Below, piece by piece: positions 37,697 to 46,710 of a stretch of DNA of 64,000 nucleotides. The stretch lies in IMG/VR virus record IMGVR_UViG_3300045988_151591, positions 34,841 through 98,840 of that record. The stretch is one strand, 5' to 3'. Source of the stretch: a virus. Made by a program: the position numbers and the translations under genes. Every line of letters starts with the position of its first letter. The first letter of the stretch is position 1. A model generated the notes under the pieces. It ran no database searches and was not told the origin of the DNA. It saw only the letters and a list, made by a program, of their open reading frames with translations.

Positions 37697-40506
37697 ACTC
37701 ACATCTCACCATACTTATCAACGACCGACCTGTGTCGCTGCCCGATGATTTCTCTATCGATATAGAGGACCAGAACCCTGTGTTCAATGATAACGAGATG
37801 TTCGCCTATCCGTTTTCCATTCCGCTCGACGGCAACCGATGGCTGGTAAAGAACATCGATGACGTGCGGGCATCGTTTCGTGCTGTCAACATGGAGCATT
37901 TGCCTACGCGCATTCATGCCGACGGACTGCCCTTCCGCAACGGTACGCTCGTCATGCAGGATGCTGAAGAGATAAAGGACTCGCTCTCGATGAGCATTAA
38001 TGCAGGCAGACAGAGTTTCAGCGACCTCATCGGATCGCTCAACTGTCGTGACATTCCCATCAAGGATGAATTGATTATCGGCGAGAAGATAGGCAACGTA
38101 AGGGTAGACATCGAGAGCGACCCTGTTGTAAATGTCAGCGTATTCGTGGAGGGAGGAAAACATAAGGATGACGAGACTGTCACCCGAACCATCCATGCCG
38201 AGCACGTAAGCGTGAGTAAGGTGCTCGAACCGCAGGCGCTTGGCTTCTCCTATCCTGCATCGTGCCAGGAGTACACCACCAATATCCTTTATCCTTTACA
38301 CATGAAGGCCGATGCCAAGAGAAAGTCGTCACGATCCTACCCCAACGGCAATACAGTCAACGAGCCCGCCATCGCCAAGAATGGCGACTATATCAACACG
38401 TCGGCTGCCTATGGCGAGACTGATGGCGCGGGCCGTCCCGCAGCTTATTGCAACGCCCGTATCTGCTACAAGCACCACGGACTCGCAGACGATGGCACCA
38501 CATCGAGCGACGTTATTAGTACGAAGGAATGCAAGTGGACCAACGAGGATCTTTATCCCTATTGGGTGTTGGACGCACGCCGCCCGCAGTCGGGCATCTG
38601 TTTCTATGTACTCTATTTTCTCGACTGCCTGTTTCATCACCTGGGTGTCACCTTCGACAAGTCGGCACTGATGCAGATAGAGGATATGAAGCACCTCTGT
38701 TTCTTCACCACCGTTTGCGCCTACGACACCAAAGAGCATCCACATCACGGAACATACTACAAGAAGGACGACCCCGAAGTCATCGCCAAGAAAAAGAAGG
38801 AAGGCGAGATTAAGGAAGGATATTTCAAGAAGCAAGATCATATCAACTCCTGGTTGGAGTCGCGCGGTTGTGGTGGAAAAATCAACATCGTAAAGGCAGA
38901 GGACAAGACGGTCAACGAGCTCACCCTCACCACTAACGAAGGGACTTCCGAACACATACAGGTGGGAGAGACGACAAAAGAGGGCGGCAAGGTGACTGGT
39001 ATCAGCATCGAGGCGCAAATCTCTAAGTTCAACGTGCAGGCCAACGTGCTCTATATGGTGGCCAACAGCGACAACTTCCCCGATGAGAGTGTCAGCACGA
39101 TTATCTCATCCTTGGAGAGCGCCTTCGGCATCAAGTTTTCCTACGACTATGAGCAAAAGAAAGTCACGGCCTACCTCATCCGTGACGTGCTTCGCGAGAG
39201 TGGACAGCCAGCACGCACGTTCCGCGCAGACATTCATTCTATCATTCCCGTCAGCGAGAAGATAACGGGTGTACGTATGCGATACTCCGAAGAGAGCGAT
39301 GCCAAGGATCAGCAGCAGAACGTCAAGGACAGCCGCAAGAATAAAAATATGGGCTATGCCACCGATTACGACTATATCGACTATCCCGAACCGGGAAGTG
39401 GAGACAACGAAACGGTTTACGATCGAGATTACGTTGACTTCTTTCATAATTTAAGTTCTGGAGATAAAAGATGCTACATCGACCGCAAGACGGGCAATGC
39501 CTATCGCGTGAAGGTGAATGGCGACGCCACTACTACAGCCGACCTCAAACCTGTACTTTTCGAGGTAGGCCAGTACAAGGGTGTGGAGTATGGCGATTGC
39601 AGCGAGGAGAATGAAGACTTCATCCACGACATCACCATCGACTTCACTCCTGTGCCGTTCAACGATGTCAACTATTTCAAGGAGATAGAGGCTGCTTACG
39701 GCTCTCATACGGCAAAGTACTATGATGATTCAAAGACAACAACCTATGGTGTCGTTATCAAGGAAGGACAGCCCATCCTCTGCGCCTATGTCGACGAGGA
39801 AATGGAACATGAGTTTGTCGAGCAAATCATCAACCAGACCATCTCCTCGCCTTTCTGCGACTTCTATATGCAGCAGTCATTGAAACTCGTCGAGAGTTAC
39901 GACCCGTCAAACACCGAAGACGGCAACTCGCCTCTTCAAGACGATTCACGATGGGGATTTGCCTTGGCCATGATGCGAGGCGGCGGTACGAATGCAACCA
40001 CAGAGCCCTATGACTATAACTATGACCACTTCGGTACTTCCAAGTGGCGCACGGCAGCAGGCGAGTATGCTCTTGCTTGCGACTCTCTTGACATGATGGG
40101 CAATGTATTCGACTACAATGGTGTGCAGGAAGGCAGAGGCAAAGGTGAACGCTTCTCGCTCAAGATACGCGCTTTCAAAGAGCCGTCATGGCTCAGTAAG
40201 CCGGAATACAAGGATGTTTCTCTCTGCGACCCCGACGAGGTGGATGCCAAAGGCAACGTGATAACCAAGATACGCTCACGCGGTCTTTTTGATACCTTCA
40301 TTTTGCCCTACGCCTATTTTCTGCTTAACCGCAAGAAGTACATCATCCGCTGTTCGGCTTCTGTCGCACAGATAGCCGACATACCTAACCATTGGAAGAC
40401 GTGGTGGAACATCGGAGGTGTGAAATGTCTTATCGACAAGGTGAATACAACTATCACGGCTAAGGAAGGCATTGGAGAGGTAGAACTGACCGTCTATGCC
40501 CTGTAA
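37693..40506 (+). CDS. large virion/tail-associated protein (937 aa)
   Basis: Long ORF immediately upstream of the KS-ACP pair. No enzymatic motif recognised. Confidence 0.5.
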   Translation: MNSHLTILINDRPVSLPDDFSIDIEDQNPVFNDNEMFAYPFSIPLDGNRWLVKNIDDVRASFRAVNMEHLPTRIHADGLPFRNGTLVMQDAEEIKDSLSMSINAGRQSFSDLIGSLNCRDIPIKDELIIGEKIGNVRVDIESDPVVNVSVFVEGGKHKDDETVTRTIHAEHVSVSKVLEPQALGFSYPASCQEYTTNILYPLHMKADAKRKSSRSYPNGNTVNEPAIAKNGDYINTSAAYGETDGAGRPAAYCNARICYKHHGLADDGTTSSDVISTKECKWTNEDLYPYWVLDARRPQSGICFYVLYFLDCLFHHLGVTFDKSALMQIEDMKHLCFFTTVCAYDTKEHPHHGTYYKKDDPEVIAKKKKEGEIKEGYFKKQDHINSWLESRGCGGKINIVKAEDKTVNELTLTTNEGTSEHIQVGETTKEGGKVTGISIEAQISKFNVQANVLYMVANSDNFPDESVSTIISSLESAFGIKFSYDYEQKKVTAYLIRDVLRESGQPARTFRADIHSIIPVSEKITGVRMRYSEESDAKDQQQNVKDSRKNKNMGYATDYDYIDYPEPGSGDNETVYDRDYVDFFHNLSSGDKRCYIDRKTGNAYRVKVNGDATTTADLKPVLFEVGQYKGVEYGDCSEENEDFIHDITIDFTPVPFNDVNYFKEIEAAYGSHTAKYYDDSKTTTYGVVIKEGQPILCAYVDEEMEHEFVEQIINQTISSPFCDFYMQQSLKLVESYDPSNTEDGNSPLQDDSRWGFALAMMRGGGTNATTEPYDYNYDHFGTSKWRTAAGEYALACDSLDMMGNVFDYNGVQEGRGKGERFSLKIRAFKEPSWLSKPEYKDVSLCDPDEVDAKGNVITKIRSRGLFDTFILPYAYFLLNRKKYIIRCSASVAQIADIPNHWKTWWNIGGVKCLIDKVNTTITAKEGIGEVELTVYAL

Positions 40507-40535
40507 GAGTATTCTTTAATCAAACAAACATAATC

Positions 40536-41750
40536 ATGGATAGAAAAATATTAATCACAGGCACAGGTATCGTTTCCAGTCTTGGCAACGATACCTTTTC
40601 CGTCGCACAGAAGTTGGCAAATGGAGAGTGCGGTCTGCACCACGATCCCGCACGCAGCGAGAAAGGCTATCAGTCCGACCTGTGCGGAAAGATAAAGGAC
40701 CCGAACCCTTGGAAGTTATCTGAACTCACAAGGGCTCAACGGCAATGTTTTTCCGAACCGACCCTATATTCCTTATCTGCCGTCAATGAGGCTCTGATGG
40801 AAGCCAATATTCTTCCCGAGTTCTTGCAGTCTCACAATGTGTCTGTCATCGTCAGCAATGACTCTACGGCAGGAGAAAGCTATCAGGCAATGACCACTGC
40901 CATTACACAGCGCGACACCCGACGTTTAGGGGCGGCTGCAGTGTTTCGCACACTCAATTCCACCGTCAGCATGAACCTCGCCTCTATCTACGGACTGAAA
41001 GGACTTTCGCTTACCGTCAGCGGGGCTTGTGCCGGAGGAGGTCATGCCATTACTCTCGCCAAGATGCTTCTTGATACGCGCCAAACCGAAATGGTGATTG
41101 TCGTTGGCGCACAGGAGACTGGTCCCTTCTCCATGCTGTCGTTTGATGCCATGGGCGTATTCTCGCCAGACAAGGTGCAGCCTTTCGGCAAAGGCCGCAA
41201 TGGTCTGGCTCCTTCGGGTGGTGCTGCCTGTGTCATTCTTGAGCCTTCCGACAGCTTGCGTTTTGAGGATTATGAAGTCTCGCCCGTGGCAGAACTTTCC
41301 GGCTGCGGCTTCTCCACCAACGGCACCAACATCTGTACCCCGGATGCTTATCAGGAAGAAGTGGCAATGATTAAGGCCATAGAATCGGCAGGACTCGATG
41401 CAGGAATGATAGATGTACTCCTTGCCCATGCCACAGGTACAGAGCTGGGCGATGCTGCAGAGGCAGAAGCCATCGGAAAGGTATTCCCCGAGAGCCCTTA
41501 TATCGTAGCCACCAAGGGCATGACGGGGCACGAGTGCTGGATGGCTGGTGTATCGCAGGCCGTTCAAGCATCCATGATGCTCAACACAGACACTGTCTTC
41601 GGTGCGGCTACCACAGCCGAGAATGCTTTTCCCAAACTCAATCTCGTCATGCAGTCACGCGAGTACTCAGCACACCATATCCTCTGCAATGCCTTTGGCT
41701 TCGGAGGCACCAACTCATCATTCATCATCTCTAAATATCAACCATCATGA
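40536..41750 (+). CDS. beta-ketoacyl-ACP synthase (FabF/FabB-like KS)
   Basis: 'ITGTGIVSSLGN' N-terminus. Active-site Cys in 'TVSGACAGGGHAITLA'. His motifs 'LAHATGTELGD' and 'TKGMTGHECWMAG'. C-terminal 'NAFGFGGTNSSFII'. Confidence 0.9.
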   Translation: MDRKILITGTGIVSSLGNDTFSVAQKLANGECGLHHDPARSEKGYQSDLCGKIKDPNPWKLSELTRAQRQCFSEPTLYSLSAVNEALMEANILPEFLQSHNVSVIVSNDSTAGESYQAMTTAITQRDTRRLGAAAVFRTLNSTVSMNLASIYGLKGLSLTVSGACAGGGHAITLAKMLLDTRQTEMVIVVGAQETGPFSMLSFDAMGVFSPDKVQPFGKGRNGLAPSGGAACVILEPSDSLRFEDYEVSPVAELSGCGFSTNGTNICTPDAYQEEVAMIKAIESAGLDAGMIDVLLAHATGTELGDAAEAEAIGKVFPESPYIVATKGMTGHECWMAGVSQAVQASMMLNTDTVFGAATTAENAFPKLNLVMQSREYSAHHILCNAFGFGGTNSSFIISKYQPS

Positions 41751-41995
41751 ACAAAGAAGATATACGTCAGCGGGTGTTCAATATCGTTGAAGGCCTGCGC
41801 ACACCTTGGGCATCGACAGCAGAAGTGACCGACAGCGCTAACCTGCGTGATGATCTTGCTCTTGAGTCTATTGACTTTCTCGACCTCGTTCTTCAGACCG
41901 AAACCATGTTCCATATCAAGATTTCGCCAGAAGAGGCAAAAGACTTACAGCTTGTGTCTGATGTGACAGCTATCGTAGAGAAGAAAATGTCTTAG
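41747..41995 (+). CDS. acyl carrier protein
   Basis: 82 aa. 'DDLALESIDFLDLVLQTETMF' matches the ACP DLGxDSLDxVELVMxxEE helix-II motif, with a conserved Ser. The ATG overlaps the KS stop codon. Confidence 0.8.
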   Translation: MNKEDIRQRVFNIVEGLRTPWASTAEVTDSANLRDDLALESIDFLDLVLQTETMFHIKISPEEAKDLQLVSDVTAIVEKKMS

Positions 41996-42058
41996 CGACT
42001 TTCGCAGCCAAAAGAAAAATCTCAGCACATACATTCATCTCCTGTTTTATCTATAGAT

Positions 42059-43111
42059 ATGGCAAAGAATATTTTACTTACATCTGGTTCAATCCTTGCT
42101 GGCAACCCGGTTACTTTTACAATCTCGCCGTCAGTTCCAGATAATACACCTTCTTTTCATCGTGTCGTCGTAGAGGTCATGTTCGACAATGACGGCAGCT
42201 ATGATGTCATACAACTCAATGAGCCTGTCACCAAAGAGGGCACTGATGTATCGCTTGATGTATCGTCAGCTCTCCGTGCGGCACTCGACTCCTACGAATA
42301 TACTCCCGAGCCGACAACCTATCCTTTCGTGAGCTGGTACGTCCATGCCTACGATGAATATATGGATAGCAATGGTGAGATACATACCAATGTAGGCGAG
42401 GTGTTTTATCCTCAAAACCCCGACGAAACCGGCAATACGAACCTTCGCAGCATAGCGGGTGCTTTCTCTGATATGGTGCGCCTTCTGTCTGGACTCAGCA
42501 AGGGAGTCGTTTCGTTTACCCGAAAGCCGAACACATTGCCGCAACCCGTCGTTGTGGGTGACACCTTTATTTATACTCCATCATACGAGACAGAACAACT
42601 GCTCAGTAACAGTCCGACCCTGGTTCCTCCCACGTCTGTCTCTAAGGAGATTACGCAGGAAGGACTACAGACCGTCGGTACTCACCAACTTTATGCGCTG
42701 CCTGCTACAGAGGCGAGCAACCGTTACACCATACGCTTCATCAATCTGTTTGGTGTACTTGAGAATGTCAGTCTGCCGAAAGCCTACAGCCGTAAGATGG
42801 CGCTTACAACAGAATCGTATATTGTGGCAAAGCAGGAGACGTTCAACTCCTTCTCTCGTGCGTCGGTCAAGAAACAGAATGATCAAGAAACTTGGAATCT
42901 CACTACTGACCCGCTCGACGAGAATTGGCTCGACTGGTATCTGCACGAGTTTGCCATGAGCAAACACGCATGGATTTTATTGCACGGCATTTGGATTCCA
43001 TGCACCATTCTTTTGGAAGACGAGACCACTATCCAGGATGACACTAATACCAACATGTATGCTTTGTCGTTTAAAGTAGTGATCGATATTAATGGTTCAC
43101 TTCTACTCTGA
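42059..43111 (+). CDS. hypothetical protein (350 aa), tail-associated by position
   Basis: ORF between the ACP gene and the tail fibre. Confidence 0.5.
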   Translation: MAKNILLTSGSILAGNPVTFTISPSVPDNTPSFHRVVVEVMFDNDGSYDVIQLNEPVTKEGTDVSLDVSSALRAALDSYEYTPEPTTYPFVSWYVHAYDEYMDSNGEIHTNVGEVFYPQNPDETGNTNLRSIAGAFSDMVRLLSGLSKGVVSFTRKPNTLPQPVVVGDTFIYTPSYETEQLLSNSPTLVPPTSVSKEITQEGLQTVGTHQLYALPATEASNRYTIRFINLFGVLENVSLPKAYSRKMALTTESYIVAKQETFNSFSRASVKKQNDQETWNLTTDPLDENWLDWYLHEFAMSKHAWILLHGIWIPCTILLEDETTIQDDTNTNMYALSFKVVIDINGSLLL

Positions 43112-43140
43112 TAGAATACTTTTTTCTTAGTTTATGTCTG

Positions 43141-43183
43141 GCGAAGGTCATCGACTTTAGGGCTGTGTCCTTCGTTTTTTTTG
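43141..43183 (+). terminator. intrinsic terminator
   Basis: 'cgaaggtc...gtccttcg' stem followed by T8. Confidence 0.5.
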
Positions 43184-43281
43184 TATCTATGTGTCACCCT
43201 CCCGCGCCATGCTTTGTCCCTATCAAGAAACGTGTTTTCGGTAACTTTGCTACATCTAAAAATAAATAATCAAAAATCATC

Positions 43282-45597
43282 ATGGCAACAGAAGTCAAAA
43301 TTACGAATTATTGGATTTCGAGCAGTGCGCTCTATATCCAACTCAACGCAATGGGTGAGCCTAACTACATCCAGTGTAGCGTGGCGAGTGGTGCTTCTAT
43401 TCTATGCTATATGCAGGACATTGAGGGTCTGGGCTACGATGCCGGGCACAACTATCAGCGTTGGCCGTTAGTGGCTTATCCCTCTCTCTTTCCTGATGCA
43501 AAGGCTAAGTATGTTTACGTAGCCATTCCGCGCGTCAGCAATGGCGTCAACGGTACGGCAATGGTGGTATTCCCCAGCGAGCGCATTGACATCTACGGTA
43601 AGTCTATTGCATCTCCGGACAAGCAGGTGGGCAACGAGGACTATTACTATGTGTATCTGCAAGGAGAAATCTCTGAGGTCCTGACCAAAAATGTAGGTAA
43701 GGATGAGAACGATCAGGACATCATAGAAAAGTATCGTGAGTGGACTCTCACTGTGGAATACGGTTCTCTTGCCACCGACGAAGCGATAGCTTCCGGCGGC
43801 GAGGGTCAGTGGTGGAGATATGAGTCAGTACACGACACCATCAAGTTCCTGAAGATCATCTCTGTGGCAGCATTTACTACGCTCAAGGCAGCGACAGCCA
43901 CTATCGCCACCCTTTTCTTGAACGGACATAAAATCGTTGGCGTAGCGACAGAAAACACCGATGATACGTCAGCCAACAAAGTGGTTACTCCTGAGTTCCT
44001 TGGGCAGTTTGGTGTACGCCATTTCTTATCCAAAGAGAATGATGACACGGTAAACGGCATGATTACCTTTATCAAAGGACTGGTGAGCGAGGCTTTAGTA
44101 AAGCTGAACAGAGGTGCTTACTTTGGTAAGGGAGGAGCGTTGATAGACGAGGCAGGACGTGCCATCTTGGAGTCGTTACAGTCCATCGACTACGACAACG
44201 AAGCAGAGCAGGGTTTCGCTGTTAAGAAGGATAACGGAAAATATCACGCCTTCGTTACGAACCTCACCATCTGGGGCAAGGCGATATTCCACGAATTAGA
44301 TGTACGCAAGCTGTCTTATTCGGGAGGCAACTTCTATTTATCTGGAGCTGGTAGCAAGCTTATCAAAGTTGTGCCTGTCAAGGAATCGGTATCTGCTGAC
44401 GGTGTGATCTCTTGGGTAGAAACAACTGCGGATGATGCAGAATGCGCTGGCTGGAAATGCTATCTCTTAGCTGACAACGGAACTACTGCCACGATGAACT
44501 ACTGGCAGGAGGGCGACCAAGTGCGCTGTCAGACTATTGGCGAGATTGTGGCTGGTGGAGCATATAGTGATACAAGTAATAAGAGTTACTGGCGTACTAT
44601 TCCTGATGGTGGCGTATCTACGCAAAATGAGAAGATATACGGCACTAAAACGGAGACTTATCTTGACGAAGCTGGTAAGGAGCAGACGAGAGAAGAACAG
44701 GTGGAATTGTACGATGGTCAGGCGTTTGCTTGGATTGTCGTTGGCAAGCATTCCGAAGGCTTAGACGGATATACAGAGAAGAATGCGCCTGTTGAGATAA
44801 AGGGAGACCCTGCTGAGGGCGACACAATCGTGCTGGACGGCAACAGACATCGTAATGGCAATCTTGAGTACGACAAGACGGACAGGCAGAACGTGATTAT
44901 CCTTGAGACAACTGGCGACTATGCTCCTCGTATCGCTTGCTATGCTAATATCTCTGAGTACAAGCATACTATCACAAAAAGCGTAAATGGCGAGAACAAA
45001 GAAGTATCTCTGTCGGTATTCGAGACTTCACCGAAGGGTGGAACGAAAATCAATTCCTCACACTTTGAATTGATTTCGGATGACGGCAGTACTATTAATA
45101 TCATCAATTATAGAGGTGACTGGGTAGAAGGAAATACCTATCATAAGAACGACCAAGTAAATCACAATAATGCCGTTTGGGTGTGTGTTGCCAATTCAGA
45201 GGAGGACGTAACAGGTGAGCCTTCTGACGGCTCGACACAATGGAAAAAAGTTCTATCTGGAAGCAAAGGCGAGAAGGGAGACAAGGGCGAGGACGGCGTG
45301 GCTTATCAGATAATGATAACGAGCGATACGGGCACGGTGATGATTAACGGTTCGGGCGAAATGACGCTGAAGGCAACGCTGCTACGCAATGGCGAGGACA
45401 TAAGCGACACCGTGGGCAACAGCTCATGGTCGTGGTGGCGACAATCGGCTGATGCCGAAGATGATGCTGTATGGAATAAGCTGCATGAGGGGATTGGCCG
45501 GAACTGTCTTATAACACGTGACGACGTAGACAGACAGGCACAATTCGGATGTAGTGTGTGCGTATCAGATACAAAGACTATTAATAGTAACATATAA
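43282..45597 (+). CDS. tail fibre protein with short collagen-like motif
   Basis: 771 aa. 'SGSKGEKGDKGEDG' Gly-X-Y triplets. Beta-rich repeats. Confidence 0.6.
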   Translation: MATEVKITNYWISSSALYIQLNAMGEPNYIQCSVASGASILCYMQDIEGLGYDAGHNYQRWPLVAYPSLFPDAKAKYVYVAIPRVSNGVNGTAMVVFPSERIDIYGKSIASPDKQVGNEDYYYVYLQGEISEVLTKNVGKDENDQDIIEKYREWTLTVEYGSLATDEAIASGGEGQWWRYESVHDTIKFLKIISVAAFTTLKAATATIATLFLNGHKIVGVATENTDDTSANKVVTPEFLGQFGVRHFLSKENDDTVNGMITFIKGLVSEALVKLNRGAYFGKGGALIDEAGRAILESLQSIDYDNEAEQGFAVKKDNGKYHAFVTNLTIWGKAIFHELDVRKLSYSGGNFYLSGAGSKLIKVVPVKESVSADGVISWVETTADDAECAGWKCYLLADNGTTATMNYWQEGDQVRCQTIGEIVAGGAYSDTSNKSYWRTIPDGGVSTQNEKIYGTKTETYLDEAGKEQTREEQVELYDGQAFAWIVVGKHSEGLDGYTEKNAPVEIKGDPAEGDTIVLDGNRHRNGNLEYDKTDRQNVIILETTGDYAPRIACYANISEYKHTITKSVNGENKEVSLSVFETSPKGGTKINSSHFELISDDGSTINIINYRGDWVEGNTYHKNDQVNHNNAVWVCVANSEEDVTGEPSDGSTQWKKVLSGSKGEKGDKGEDGVAYQIMITSDTGTVMINGSGEMTLKATLLRNGEDISDTVGNSSWSWWRQSADAEDDAVWNKLHEGIGRNCLITRDDVDRQAQFGCSVCVSDTKTINSNI

Positions 45598-45621
45598 TAA
45601 TATTAAAACAAACAAACGATT

Positions 45622-46665
45622 ATGGCAAAAGTATTAGCTAATGGTCAGATTACTATCGTTGACCTCAATGACGGCAAGGCCGTTCAGTGTTTTACACAAT
45701 GCTCTAAGGGCGAGACTCAGATTTACACCCCCGACACGGGTGTGTACACTCCGAACTACTCGTCGAGTGAACCAAACGTGATAACAGCCCGTGTATATGT
45801 GACGGGCAGTGCTACAGACCAGGCTCCGACCTCGGCTTGTACGGGATGGTCGTGGAAGTTGGATGGTGTGGCTGCCACTCCTGTGAGCGGCAAGTCGTAT
45901 CAGCTTAACCTCGCCAGCAACATCGACAAGAACGGCAGCGTGAAGAACATCGAGTGGTCGTGCAAATATACTGACCCCGAAACTAAGGCTACGACAACGT
46001 GTATCGGCTACAAGACCATTTCGCTGGCTAAGAGTGGCGGTGCGCTTCAGACGGTGCAGATTGAGACTCCCGACGGCAACACGTTCGACTCGACCAACAA
46101 CAGCAATAAGCTGCGTGCTATAGCCAAGTTCTTCCGTGGCAACGTGCAGGACACCACCATGACATCAATGACTTGGGAGGTGCTGAATATCAGTGCAGGA
46201 ACATGGGACGCCGTGGCTTCGGGCAACGTGAGCACTTCGGGCGGCGTGAGCACTCTGAACGTGAGCGCCAATGACGTGCTTAACTTCCAGACTTTCCGCT
46301 GTACGGTGAAGGACGGTGCTGATACGGCCAGCGCTATCATCACGTTCTTCGATGCGAGCGACCCGTACGTGGTGGAGGTGTATTCGCTGACCGGCGACAA
46401 GATAGTGAACGGTTCGCAGTCGACGGAGCTTTACGCCCGACTCTGGAAAGACGGCAAGGTAGTGGAGGATGGTGCAGCGGTGAAGGCAGACAGCAACCAT
46501 GCCTCGAACTACATCTACAAATGGACGAAGTACAATGCCAGCGGTGTAGCCACGAACTGGAACGGTACATCAAGTGCGGTGAATGCTTCGAGCAAGCCTT
46601 ACGTCACGGTGTCCAACGCTGACGTGGCAGTGAGAGGCACGTTTACTTGTGAGGTGTCTAAATAA
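45622..46665 (+). CDS. tail fibre/Ig-like protein
   Basis: 347 aa. Thr/Ser/Gly-rich beta sequence. A terminator follows. Confidence 0.5.
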   Translation: MAKVLANGQITIVDLNDGKAVQCFTQCSKGETQIYTPDTGVYTPNYSSSEPNVITARVYVTGSATDQAPTSACTGWSWKLDGVAATPVSGKSYQLNLASNIDKNGSVKNIEWSCKYTDPETKATTTCIGYKTISLAKSGGALQTVQIETPDGNTFDSTNNSNKLRAIAKFFRGNVQDTTMTSMTWEVLNISAGTWDAVASGNVSTSGGVSTLNVSANDVLNFQTFRCTVKDGADTASAIITFFDASDPYVVEVYSLTGDKIVNGSQSTELYARLWKDGKVVEDGAAVKADSNHASNYIYKWTKYNASGVATNWNGTSSAVNASSKPYVTVSNADVAVRGTFTCEVSK

Positions 46666-46690
46666 GGGCACCTCACCCTTATTTTTTATT
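46664..46690 (+). terminator. intrinsic terminator
   Basis: 'aagggcacctcaccctt' hairpin plus 'attttttatt'. Confidence 0.5.
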
Positions 46691-46710
46691 AATAAAAAAA
46701 ATGAAAGAGT

